NCBI GenBank assembly: GCA_031409275.1
Contig: JANNXA010000045.1
Span: 1-64,000 of the forward strand
Origin: Planctomycetota bacterium
GTDB lineage: Bacteria; Planctomycetota; B15-G4; SIAN01
DNA length: 64,000 nucleotides
Direction of reading: 5' to 3'
Shown piece after piece: positions 12,108-22,030 of this stretch. Under the pieces are notes generated by a model that saw nothing but the letters and a program-made list of their open reading frames with translations, had not been told where the DNA came from and did not search any database. Position 1 is the stretch's first letter, and each line of letters starts with the position of its first letter. The position numbers and the translations under genes were made by a program.

Positions 12108-13048
12108 TGGGCATGCCGCTGCGTCTCGCCTTCTGCGACTTCTGGCCCCGCTTCGAACCGCCGCACTTCGCGGCGCGGCTGCCGGCGCTCACGGAACTCG
12201 CCTCGCTCGAGATCGTCTCCGACCCGCGCGCGGCGCAGCTGCTGATCTTCTCGTGCTTCCCGGACGGGCAGCGCACGTCGCGACCGCGCGATCCGCGGCG
12301 CCTCGGCGCCAACGGCGTACGGCTCTTCTACACCGCCGAGAACGTGCCGCCCGACTTCGCGACCTGCGACTTCGCGCTGTCGTTCTGCCGCGACCTCGTC
12401 GACCCGCGCCATCTGCGTCTCCCGAACTACGTCGCGACGCAGGCGCAGCAGGGCTTCGCTGCGGATGCGCTGCACCACCCCCCCGCCGATCCGCTCGCGC
12501 TGTTGCGCGCCAAGACGCGCTTCTGCACCTATGTGCAGGGCAACCCGCTGCCGTTTCGCGAGGAGTTCGTGCGCGCGTTGTCGAGCTTTAGGAGGGTCGA
12601 CTGCGCCGGCCGCTCGCTGAACAACACCGGCTTCATCGCCGATCGCCAACGCAAGCTCGCGCTCTTCCGCGAGAGCAAGTTCGCGGTCACCTTCGAGAAC
12701 GAGGCGGCGCTCGGCTACGTGAGCGAGAAGCTCCCCGATGCGCTGCTGGCGGGATGCGTGCCGATCTACTGGGGCGATCCGACCGTCGCGCTCGACTTCG
12801 ATCCGCGCTGCTTCGTCCATCGCCGCGACTTCGCGACGCAGGAGGAGCTCGTCGCCGAAGTGGCGCGACTCGACCGCGACGACGATGCCTACCTCGCGCG
12901 CCTCTCCGCCCCTCGCCTTCCGGCCGGCCGGCCCGTCGACGGCGCCGACCCCGCGCAATTGCGCGCTTTCCTCGGGCGCGTCGTGGCGGCCGCCGCGCGC
13001 GTCGCCCCGCGCTCCGCCATCACGAACGAACGGGTCACACGCGGGTGA
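12107..13048 (+). CDS. GT10 alpha-1,3/4-fucosyltransferase
   Basis: KFAVTFEN..GYVSEKL.DALLAGCVPIYWGD is the GT10 signature; also FCDFW and YTAEN. TGATG coupling to the upstream gene. Confidence 0.9.
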   Translation: MGMPLRLAFCDFWPRFEPPHFAARLPALTELASLEIVSDPRAAQLLIFSCFPDGQRTSRPRDPRRLGANGVRLFYTAENVPPDFATCDFALSFCRDLVDPRHLRLPNYVATQAQQGFAADALHHPPADPLALLRAKTRFCTYVQGNPLPFREEFVRALSSFRRVDCAGRSLNNTGFIADRQRKLALFRESKFAVTFENEAALGYVSEKLPDALLAGCVPIYWGDPTVALDFDPRCFVHRRDFATQEELVAEVARLDRDDDAYLARLSAPRLPAGRPVDGADPAQLRAFLGRVVAAAARVAPRSAITNERVTRG

Positions 13049-13110
13049 ACGACGATCCGTAAGGTCGGCGCTGCTCCGACCTCCTCGAACGTGGGCCAGG
13101 AATCGAAACG

Positions 13111-14088
13111 ATGCGACTCGTGCTGCTGTTGGTGCTCGCCGCGCTGCTCCCCGGCTGCGTCTCGCTCGACAAATTGGAGATCGAGCAGCGGTTGCTGGCG
13201 ATGGAGCGCCACGCACCGGTGCGCGCGCTGGGAGTGCAGCGCACGGTCGCCCCCGCGCTCCTCGATGGCGAACGCGTCGAGGCGGAGTTCCGCTGGTACC
13301 GAGCGGGCGCCATCGGACCCGATCGCCCGACGCTGCTGCTGATCCCCGGCACGCCGAGCTCGTTTGCGACCTGGAGCGACGTCGTCTTCGGGAGCGGCTC
13401 GATCGACGGTCTGGCGCGCGACCATGACGTCATCGTGCTCGACATCATCGGCCACGGGATCACCTCCACCACCGTCGAGCCCTACTCCTTCCAGCGTGCC
13501 GCGGATTGGATCGGTGCCTTCCTCGACACGCTCGACCTGCACCGGGTCACGATCGTCGGCAACAGCTACGGCGGCGAGTTCGCCTGGCGTGCGGCGCTCG
13601 ACCATGCCGATCGCATCGAACGGGTCGTCCTGATGTCGAGTTCCGGCTTCGCGCGCCGCGACGGCGAGTGGCTGCCCGAGGAAGTGAAGATGCGTGAGCT
13701 GTCGCTGGCCAAGATCGGCTGGTGGTTCAATTCGCGCGAGCGGATCCTCGGCGCGCTGCAGCCCCACTTCGGAGCACCGGTCGGCGACGCGCACGTCGAG
13801 GAGGTCTTCCTCGTCTGCGAGAACCGCGACAACTGGGAATCGATGATCGACCTCGCCCGCGACGAGAACGGCACCCGCTCGGCCGAGCTCGCGGCGCTGC
13901 CGCAGCCGACGCTCCTGCTTTGGGGCGAGCGCGACGTCGCCTACCCAATCGAGCGCTTCGCCCGCGACTTCGAGCGAACGATCCCGCGCGCGCGGCTCGA
14001 GCGGGTGCCCGACTCCGGCCACTACCCGCAGGAAGAGAACCCTGCCTTCGTTGCGAACGCGCTGCGCGCCTTCGTGAAGGAGCGTTGA
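13111..14088 (+). CDS. Alpha/beta hydrolase, lipoprotein
   Basis: Lipobox LPGC, nucleophile GNSYGG, LLWGERD, SGHYPQEE. Confidence 0.88.
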   Translation: MRLVLLLVLAALLPGCVSLDKLEIEQRLLAMERHAPVRALGVQRTVAPALLDGERVEAEFRWYRAGAIGPDRPTLLLIPGTPSSFATWSDVVFGSGSIDGLARDHDVIVLDIIGHGITSTTVEPYSFQRAADWIGAFLDTLDLHRVTIVGNSYGGEFAWRAALDHADRIERVVLMSSSGFARRDGEWLPEEVKMRELSLAKIGWWFNSRERILGALQPHFGAPVGDAHVEEVFLVCENRDNWESMIDLARDENGTRSAELAALPQPTLLLWGERDVAYPIERFARDFERTIPRARLERVPDSGHYPQEENPAFVANALRAFVKER

Positions 14089-14089
14089 C

Positions 14090-15172
14090 GTGAAGCTCTT
14101 CGCCACGCTGATCGTTGGGCTTGTCGCCGCCGCCGCAACTCCGCTCGTCCCCGACGACGGAACCACCGCCGTCTCGACACCTCGCAAGGGATTCGACGAA
14201 CTCACCCGCGGCAACTTCGATCCGCGCTGGATCCTGCCCGACGAACTGCCGATCGCGCGCGACGAGGGCCGCGGCCCGGCGTGGGACCTCGACTCCAAGA
14301 TGGCCGAGCTGGCCGCATTGCGCTTCGCCGCGGCACCCGCCGACCCGTCGGCGCCGCGCTCGCTCGGCGACGTCGTGCTGGCGGTTCGCGCGGCACGCGG
14401 CGATGCGAAGTCCGTGATCGCCCGCGTGAAGCAGACGCAGCCGCAGCTCTTCGCCGCGCTCGAGCCTTGCCTCAACGAACTGCTGGACGACACGCGCCTG
14501 TACGCGCGCGATTGGGATCCGGAAGACGACGACGTGCGCGACGGCTTCCTCTTCGCGCGTCCGCTCGACCTCGCTTCGATGAAGCTCGATCCGTGGCGAT
14601 CGATCGAGGGCAGCTCGCTGGTGCAGCAGGCGGTGACGCTGATCCATGCCGACTTCGAGGCGATCAAGGCGGCGGAGAATGACTATTCGCGCTATCGCGA
14701 ACGGCGCGGCGCGAACTACGAGGCGATCTACCCCGTCGCCGGCAGCGACGTGCGCGGCAGCGACGCCGACGGCCACCCCTTCGCGGCGCTCAAGCTCTAC
14801 TTCGAATGCGACCTGCCGTTCCCCTTCAGCAGCTACGCCTGCGACCTGCGCATCTTGAACCGCACCGACGCACGCGGCGGCTTCGTCTGCGACATCTACT
14901 CGACTAGCGACGACTTCCACTGGCTTGCCGGCAGCGACCTCTTCCTGCCGTTGCGTGCCAGCGATGAGAGCTGGGTCGCGACGCTCGTCGTGCGCCGCTT
15001 TGGCTTCGACCTCGACGGCGTCCCCGACGGCAACGACGCGCGCACCGCGGGCATCCGCTCGAGCCTCGGCGCGCTCAAGCTCGACGCGCAAGCGCGCTTC
15101 CGCGCGTACGCTGGGCCGCCGCGAACGGTGGAAGGGCGCACCCCCGACTTCGCAGTGACTGGCTTGCGCTGA
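14090..15172 (+). CDS. Exported hypothetical protein
   Basis: Signal peptide, coherent ORF with GTG start 1 nt after the upstream stop. Confidence 0.7.
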   Translation: MKLFATLIVGLVAAAATPLVPDDGTTAVSTPRKGFDELTRGNFDPRWILPDELPIARDEGRGPAWDLDSKMAELAALRFAAAPADPSAPRSLGDVVLAVRAARGDAKSVIARVKQTQPQLFAALEPCLNELLDDTRLYARDWDPEDDDVRDGFLFARPLDLASMKLDPWRSIEGSSLVQQAVTLIHADFEAIKAAENDYSRYRERRGANYEAIYPVAGSDVRGSDADGHPFAALKLYFECDLPFPFSSYACDLRILNRTDARGGFVCDIYSTSDDFHWLAGSDLFLPLRASDESWVATLVVRRFGFDLDGVPDGNDARTAGIRSSLGALKLDAQARFRAYAGPPRTVEGRTPDFAVTGLR

Positions 15173-15186
15173 CGAGGACCTCCCTC

Positions 15187-17985
15187 ATGTCCGACGCTGA
15201 CCCGGAACGCGAACGGCTGCGCGACCTCGTCGCCAAGGTGATCGAGGAGCATGAGCTCGACGGTCCGGCCGCGCTCGAGCGCGCTTGCCTCGCGAATCCG
15301 ACGCTTGCCGCGCAACTGCGCCAGCGCATGGATCGGCTGGCACGCATGGGGCTCGCCGGGCTCGGCACGAAGCCGATGGCGGACGCGATCCCCGAGCGCC
15401 TCGGCGAGTTCCGCCTGTTGCGGCGTCTTGGCGGCGGCGGCATGGGCGTCGTCTACCTCGCCGAGCAGGAGTCGTTGCACCGCCAGGTGGCGTTGAAGCT
15501 GATCCGGCCCGAGCTCCTCTACTTCTCCGGCTCGCGCGAACGATTCCGGCGCGAGGTCGAGGTGGTCGCGAAGCTGAACCACCCCGGCATCGTGCCGGTC
15601 TACTCGGTCGACGACGATGGCGACGTCCCCCACTTCGCGATGGAGTGGGTCGACGGCAAGAGCGTCGAGGAGCTGCTGCGCGAGCTGCGCGACCGCGACC
15701 TTTCCCGGATGTCGAGCGCCGAGTGGAGCGCGCTGATCGGGGAGTCGGCGGCGGCGGCGCCAGCGACCGGCGCGGGCGACCCGCGCACCTTCATCGAGCG
15801 CGTCCTCGAGCTGATCCGCGACGCGGCGCTCGCGCTGCAGCATGCGCACGAGCGCGGCGTACTCCATCGCGACTTGAAGCCTTCGAATCTGATGGTCGCG
15901 CGCGACGGCCGGGTGCGCCTCGTCGATTTCGGCCTCGCCAGCACCGAGGGGACCAGTCGCCTCACCAAGTCGGGCGCGCAGCTCGGCTCGCTGCCGTTCA
16001 TGGCGCCCGAGCAGCTCGAACAAGGTGCTGACGCGGTGACGGCGCGCAGCGACCTCTATTCGCTTGGCGTCGTCCTGTACGAGCTGCTCGCCGGCCGCGC
16101 CGCCTTCGACTCCGGCAGCGACGTGGAGCTACGCCGCCAGATCCTCGCCAGCGACACCCCGCTGCTGCGTTCGCTGAACCGCGCCGTTTCGTGGGAAGTC
16201 GAGACGATCGCCCTCACCGCGATGGAGCGCGATCCGGCGCGCCGCTATGCCTCCGCTGCCGACTTCGCGCGCGACCTCGACCATGCGCTGCGACGCGAGC
16301 CGATCGCCGCGCGCCGCGCTCCGAGCTGGCTGCGCGTGCGCCGCTTCGCGCAGCGCCGACCCGCGCTCGCCGTCGGCGCCATCCTCGGGACGCTGCTGCT
16401 GCTCGGCACGCCGACGGTCTGGGCCATCCAGGAACGACGCCTCGGCGAGAAGCTCCAGGTGCGGCTCGTCGCCGAGACGAAAGCGAAGGCGGCCGCCAAG
16501 CGCAGCGCCGGTCGCGCGCGCGCCGCGGTGAACGACTTCCTCACCACCGTCGCCGACAAGACGCTGAACAACGTGCCCGGCACCGAGGAGAAACAGCGCA
16601 GCCTGCTCGGGCGCGCGCTCGAACTGTTCGAGGAGATCCTCGCCGAGAGTCCCGACGACCCCGACGTGCAGTACGACGTGGCGCGCACGTTCCTGCTCGC
16701 GGGCCATCGCTTCGGCCGGCTCGGCGACAAGGCGCGCGGCGAAGCGACCTTCGCCCGCAGCCTCGCGCTGCTCGATGCGGCGCGGCCCACCATGGGTGAC
16801 CATCCCGCATGGCGCCGCGCGCGTGCCGAGGTGCTGATCGAGCAGGCTGTCGCGGCGCGCGATGGCGGCGCGGCACCCGACACGGTGATCGAGCCGATGC
16901 GCGAAGCGGCAGCGCTCCTGCGCGGATTGCTGGCGCTCGGCGACGACGCTGCGGCCATGAAGGTGCTGTTGATGGCGCAGAACCTCGCTGCCAACGCGCA
17001 CACCGAGCTCGGGCAACCGGAACTCGCGATCGAGAGCTTCATCGAGATGACGGTGCTGCAGGAGAAGCTGCGCGCCGCGGCCCCGAATGACCTCGAGCTC
17101 GCCGAGAACTGCGCCGCGCTGCGCGCCAACCTCGGCGCCGCGCGTCGCCACGCCGGTGACCTCGCGGCAGCCGAGATCGACATTCGCGCGGCGCTGGCCG
17201 AGTTCGACCGGCTGCTGAAGGTCATGCCGACGCGCACGGCGCTGCGCTTCTATTCCGCGGGACTGCGCTCGAACCTGGCCGTGGTCGAGGAGTTGACCGG
17301 GCGCGCCGACGCGGCGGCCGATACGTTGCGCGAGGTGATCGCCCAGTTCGAGCGACTCGCCGCCGACTTCCCGCAGGTGCCGATCTACCGCCGCGAACTC
17401 GCGAGCGACTTGCTGCTGCTGGCGCGCTACCTGCCGGCGACGGCCGCCGAAGAGGCGATCACGCGGATCGAACAGGCGCAGGCGATCATCCCTTCGCTCG
17501 AGCCGGCGCTCGGCGAGCCGCGCCGCTGCGCGTGGATGGCGATCACGGCACAGCTTCGCCTCGGCGAGCGGCTCTACGCCGCCGGCGATCCCGGCGCGGG
17601 GCTCGAGGCGTTGACTGCGGCCCACGCCGCCGCCGGTCCGCATGCCGAGGAATCGAGCAAGTTCGACGACGCGCTGCTGTTGGCGCGCGCCGCCCACGCT
17701 CTTGCGACCGTCGCCGCCGAGGAGTTCGCCGACGACGACCGCGCCCGCTTCGAACGCGAAGCGCTCGCGGCGCTGGAGCAGGCGTTCCAGAACGCCAAGA
17801 CTCGCGAAGAGCGAGCCGAGGCGCGCGAGCTGCTGTTCGAGGCGATCGCGACCGTCGAAGCGCTGTCCGCCGCGCGCGCCATCGGAACCGAGGAGCTCGC
17901 GACGCTGGCGTCGCGCTGGCTCCAACTGCTCCCCGATGATGCCGAACTCGGCGCGCGCATCGCGCCGTGGCGAAGTCGCTCCTGA
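15187..17985 (+). CDS. Hanks-type Ser/Thr kinase with TM segment and C-terminal TPRs
   Basis: LGGGGMGVVY, VALK, HRDLKPSN, DFG, MAPE, SDLYSLG, then TM and TPR-like helices. Confidence 0.95.
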   Translation: MSDADPERERLRDLVAKVIEEHELDGPAALERACLANPTLAAQLRQRMDRLARMGLAGLGTKPMADAIPERLGEFRLLRRLGGGGMGVVYLAEQESLHRQVALKLIRPELLYFSGSRERFRREVEVVAKLNHPGIVPVYSVDDDGDVPHFAMEWVDGKSVEELLRELRDRDLSRMSSAEWSALIGESAAAAPATGAGDPRTFIERVLELIRDAALALQHAHERGVLHRDLKPSNLMVARDGRVRLVDFGLASTEGTSRLTKSGAQLGSLPFMAPEQLEQGADAVTARSDLYSLGVVLYELLAGRAAFDSGSDVELRRQILASDTPLLRSLNRAVSWEVETIALTAMERDPARRYASAADFARDLDHALRREPIAARRAPSWLRVRRFAQRRPALAVGAILGTLLLLGTPTVWAIQERRLGEKLQVRLVAETKAKAAAKRSAGRARAAVNDFLTTVADKTLNNVPGTEEKQRSLLGRALELFEEILAESPDDPDVQYDVARTFLLAGHRFGRLGDKARGEATFARSLALLDAARPTMGDHPAWRRARAEVLIEQAVAARDGGAAPDTVIEPMREAAALLRGLLALGDDAAAMKVLLMAQNLAANAHTELGQPELAIESFIEMTVLQEKLRAAAPNDLELAENCAALRANLGAARRHAGDLAAAEIDIRAALAEFDRLLKVMPTRTALRFYSAGLRSNLAVVEELTGRADAAADTLREVIAQFERLAADFPQVPIYRRELASDLLLLARYLPATAAEEAITRIEQAQAIIPSLEPALGEPRRCAWMAITAQLRLGERLYAAGDPGAGLEALTAAHAAAGPHAEESSKFDDALLLARAAHALATVAAEEFADDDRARFEREALAALEQAFQNAKTREERAEARELLFEAIATVEALSAARAIGTEELATLASRWLQLLPDDAELGARIAPWRSRS

Positions 17986-18012
17986 CGGAGCGCTCGCACC
18001 CCGTTCGTCGGC

Positions 18013-19863
18013 TCAGCGACCGCCGTCGCCATCGTCCGCGGGGGCGGGCGTGCCCGCGTTCGGGGGACGTCGCGTCCGCTCGCCTTGACGCCACTTGGGC
18101 TGCGGCTCATCGGCGCGGTTGTAGGACTCGAAGTAGATGCACGCCATCTCGTCGGTGATCTGCGGACCGCCTCGCACGTTCGCCGCCGGGTCGGGGTTGC
18201 GCGGATTGGCGGCGCTGTTGTCGAAGAGGTGACGGCAGCGCAGCGTCGACCCCGCGGCGATCGCCATCGGGGTCGCGAACTCGTAGACGAACTGCCAGTC
18301 GGGATCCCAACGCTCGAGCGTCAGCGGCCGCGTCACGCTGCCGTCAGGAGCGATCAGCTCGACCTCGACCGATTTGCCGCGCAGATGCATGTGAGGAATG
18401 AGCCGCCGAAGCGTGGTGTCGAACTGGAGGTGGTGTTCGTAGACGACCTCGTGCGCTGGATCCCCGGCGGGAATCCGCAGCGGCACGGTGCGACTGAGGA
18501 TGCGCCCGCTGATGCGCTGCGCGGGCGGCTCCTTGGAGAACTTGAAGCCGATGCGCGTGCGCTCGCGCATCGCGGTTCCGTTGGGCGTGTAGTGGAAGTC
18601 GAAGCGAATCGTCGCCCCTTTCCGGAGCTGGAGCGCGAACCCTTCGGGGAAGAAGCTTGGCCCGGACCCCGGCAGATAGAAGGCGAGGAACTCCTGCCCG
18701 CGACCGTCGGGCTGCACCTGGCGCACGCCGATGTGGTGGCAGATCTCGGGGTGCTGGCAGAGGATCTGCACGGCGGAAACCCAGATGTCTTCCGTCAAAC
18801 CGCTCGGTGCATCGAGCGTCATGTAATCGACGATGCCGGTCGGAGGGACCACCACGGCCTTGGGCGACTCGACGATCAAGTCGGGCTCGCCGATCTGCCA
18901 GCCGCTCGGCGCGACATGGGGCGTCTGGTGGAAGTCGGGACCGCCGACGGGACAGCCCTCCTGCAGCCAGCGCCGCAGGTCAAGCTTCTCGTCGTCACGC
19001 AACCGCAGGTCGTCCTTCCATGGACCGGAGTCGGCGGTCGCGACCCACGGCGGCATCAGGTCGGCGCGCAGCACCGAGCGGATCATTTCCGCCGCGCCAG
19101 CGAAGTCCTCCGGAACCGAGAGCGCGAACGGCGCCGCGCCGCCCTCGCAGTGGCAGCGCTCGCAACGCGTCGAGGCGATGGTCGCGATGCGCGAGCTCCA
19201 GGTGACCGCGGCCGGCTCCGAAGGCGTGTCCGCGCTCGACGACGCTAGTTCGAGCGGCGTGCCGGGAGCGGGACGCGCCGGCTCGTCGATCCGCTCGCCG
19301 GCCAGCAGGGCTCGCAGCGACTCGCTCGCCGCGTCCACCGGACCGCGGAAACGCAGCCGTCGCGCCGCATCGATCACGAACAGCTCGCCACTGGTGCGCG
19401 CACGCAACGCACGGCCGGATCGTCCCGAAGGATCGATGAAGTAGCGGCCGGCAAATCCGTGGCGTTCACGATCGACACGGGCCGCAACTTCGTTCGCGCC
19501 TCGACTCGGGTCGACGAACACGAACGCCACTCCTTGTCGAGCGAAGCTTGTTTCGAGCGCCGCGAGCGGCGCGCCTTGGGTCGGTGCGTCGGGGTCGTCG
19601 GCGACACGCAGCACGACCACGACAGCCGTCGCCAGCGCCAGGTCCGAGAGGCGACCGGGTTTGCCGTCGAGGTCGTTGAAGTTGAAGTCCGCCACGAGCT
19701 CGCCGATCCCATCGCCGCTCCGATCGGCAGGCGCCGCAGAGAGCACCGCGCGATCGTCCTGCACCGGTGCCGCGCGGAGCGTCAGGCTCAGCACGGCCAC
19801 GAGCGCTCCGAGTCGCCACGCGGCGTGGGTGCATTGCCGACGAAAGTTGTTCTCGACGTTCAT
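18013..19863 (-). CDS. Exported fusion of a redoxin-like domain, cytochrome c and a copper type II (PHM/DBM-like) monooxygenase domain
   Basis: Signal peptide, redoxin fold (DFNFNDLDGK...FVID...RFRGPVD), CERCH heme motif, MPPW, CHH, HYTPNG, PHMHLRGK, TDEM. Confidence 0.82.
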   Translation of the reverse strand: MNVENNFRRQCTHAAWRLGALVAVLSLTLRAAPVQDDRAVLSAAPADRSGDGIGELVADFNFNDLDGKPGRLSDLALATAVVVVLRVADDPDAPTQGAPLAALETSFARQGVAFVFVDPSRGANEVAARVDRERHGFAGRYFIDPSGRSGRALRARTSGELFVIDAARRLRFRGPVDAASESLRALLAGERIDEPARPAPGTPLELASSSADTPSEPAAVTWSSRIATIASTRCERCHCEGGAAPFALSVPEDFAGAAEMIRSVLRADLMPPWVATADSGPWKDDLRLRDDEKLDLRRWLQEGCPVGGPDFHQTPHVAPSGWQIGEPDLIVESPKAVVVPPTGIVDYMTLDAPSGLTEDIWVSAVQILCQHPEICHHIGVRQVQPDGRGQEFLAFYLPGSGPSFFPEGFALQLRKGATIRFDFHYTPNGTAMRERTRIGFKFSKEPPAQRISGRILSRTVPLRIPAGDPAHEVVYEHHLQFDTTLRRLIPHMHLRGKSVEVELIAPDGSVTRPLTLERWDPDWQFVYEFATPMAIAAGSTLRCRHLFDNSAANPRNPDPAANVRGGPQITDEMACIYFESYNRADEPQPKWRQGERTRRPPNAGTPAPADDGDGGR

Positions 19864-20023
19864 GGCCGACCCACCGGGGTTTCCCTCAGAGACGAAGATA
19901 GCTCCGGCGGCCGCGCCAATGGGACGCCGCCCCGCAGCGACACCTCGCGAATCACATTCGGATCGTTCATCATCCGGCCCCGGTTCATCGACAGTCAGAC
20001 TGCAGGCGGTGGAAACCAGCGAG

Positions 20024-21808
20024 ATGACGAGCCGATTCGTATCACTGCTGCTCAGCGCGATGCCCCAGGACGGCGAGCCTGAGGCCGACCCACCGGAAGC
20101 GACGGTCGCGCCGCCACGGCTCGAAGTCGGCCCACCGCCGTTCGTCTTCACCGAGGTCGCCAAGGACAGCGGAATCGACTTTGCGACCCAATGCGGCGAG
20201 ATCGGCAAGCCGCGGCTGATCGATCAGATCGGCACCGGCGCTGCATGGTTCGACTTCGACCGCGACGGGCGTGTCGACCTCTATGTCGCGAACGGCTCCA
20301 CCCTCGCCGCGTGGCAGGGAAAGGAGCCGAATCTGCGCCGGCCGCGGCTCTACCGCAACCTCGGAGGCGGCCAGTTCGCTGACGTGACGCAGGCCGCGGG
20401 ACTCGACAGCGACCATTGGGGCGCGGGGCCTGCGGTCGGCGACATCGACAACGACGGCGACCTCGACCTCTACGTCGCCTGCGTCGGGTCGAACTTGCTC
20501 TATCGCAATCGCGGCGATGGCACGTTCGCAGAGGAGGCGCAAGGCAAGCCGGTCGAGTTCCCTGGCGTGACCCCCGGTGCGTGCTTCGGCGACCTCGATC
20601 TGGATGGCGACCTGGATCTCTACGTCTCCGCCTACCTCGAATTCGACGTCGCCCAACCACCGCGCGCGTACGGCCGCAAAGTGCGCAACCTCGACGTCTC
20701 GCTGGCCCCCAACGACCACCAGGGCGCCGCCGATCGCTTCTTCCTGAACGACGGGAGCGGCACCTTCACGGACGCCACCCGCAAGTCCGGCTTCCTGGCG
20801 AACGAGCAAGAGCATGGGTTCAGCATCGCCATGCTCGACATGACCGGCGACGACCTGATCGACATCTTCGTCGCCAACGACCGCACTCCCAACCTCTTCT
20901 ATCGAAGCAAGGCGCCGGGGATCGTCGAGGAGGTCGCGGACGAGTGCGGCATCGCCATCTCGCCGGTCGGCAAGCCGCAGGCGTGCATGGGCGTCGCGGT
21001 CGCGGACCTGAACGACGACCTGCTCCCCGACTTGATGGTGACCAACTTCCAGGGCGAGTACAACGCGGCCTACGTCTCGCTAGGTGACGGCACCTGGGAG
21101 GATCGCTTCCGCCAATTCGAGCGGGCCGGTTCGAGCCGCATCTTCGTCGGCTGGGGCGTCGGCTTCGCGGACCTCGACCGCGATGGCGCCGAGGAGTGCC
21201 TGATCATCAACGGACACGTCAATCCGCAGCTGGAGACGGAAGTCCCGAAGGTCTACGACTACGCCCAGCAGCCGCTCCTCTATCGACTCGTTCCCAACGA
21301 GGACGGCACGCGGACCTGGACCGAAGTGGCACAGCGTTGCGGCGTCCTCGGCGAGCACCGCCCCGGACGCGGCCTCGCCTTCGCCGACTATGACGACGAC
21401 GGAGACCTCGACTTCACGATCACCGACGTCGACGGCCCCGTCCGCCTCTTTCGCAACGACACTCCCAACCGCGGCCACTTCCTGCGGGTGGCGGTCGAAG
21501 GCGGCGACGGCATCAACCGCGATGGCTACGGCGCACGCATCACGATCGAAGCGGGTGGACAGCGGCAATCGCGCTGGGTGTTGGGCGCCGGCTCCTACCT
21601 CTGCCACCACGACCCGCGCCCCCATTTCGGGTTGGGCGCCGCCACGCGGATCGATCGCCTGATCGTGCACTGACCGGGCGGACGCGAGGAGCGCATCGAA
21701 GGGCCGCTACCCGTCGATCGCACGGTGATCGTGCGCGCTGGCGCCGGACTCGTGGCCGAGATCGTCGATGGCATGCGCAAGGAAATCGCGCCGCCCGCCA
21801 GCCGGTGA
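20024..21808 (+). CDS. CRTAC1-family FG-GAP/ASPIC-UnbV protein with an in-frame TGA at 21671-21673 (truncated, pseudogenised, sequence error or readthrough)
   Basis: Repeated DxDxDGxxDLYV motifs, NGH, RGLAFADYDDDGDLD, GSYL..., HFGLG. The frame continues 44 codons beyond the TGA (H*PGGREE), matching the family VxWPxG motif. Confidence 0.85.
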
Positions 21809-21842
21809 GGAGAGCGGGCCGATCGAATCGTGAGCTACGCTT

Positions 21843-22004
21843 AGTGTCGTGGAACAGAAGTTTGCTTCCACGAAACCGGGCGCTCTTCGCGCCTGCTTCG
21901 TCTCGCCTCCTCACCAACTGCCAGGGAAGTTGCTTCGTCGGCACTCCTCGCTTGACCCAAACATCGCCTCGGTCCGTGTTCGCGAACTTCTGTTCCAGGA
22001 CACT
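21843..22004. mobile_element. MITE-like element, 162 bp, with 23-bp terminal inverted repeats
   Basis: Left AGTGTCGTGGAACAGAAGTTTGC (21843-21865) versus reverse complement of right end AGTGTCCTGGAACAGAAGTTCGC (21982-22004): 21/23 identical. Intergenic, no transposase. Confidence 0.65.
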
Positions 22005-22030
22005 TGCGCCCCTTGCCTTCGGAGACGTCG

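Noticed and set aside
21671..21673. Genome-wide UGA=Trp recoding or selenocysteine
   Set aside because: Many genes end in TGA with coupled downstream starts, Trp is encoded by TGG elsewhere, and the site aligns to Trp rather than Cys.
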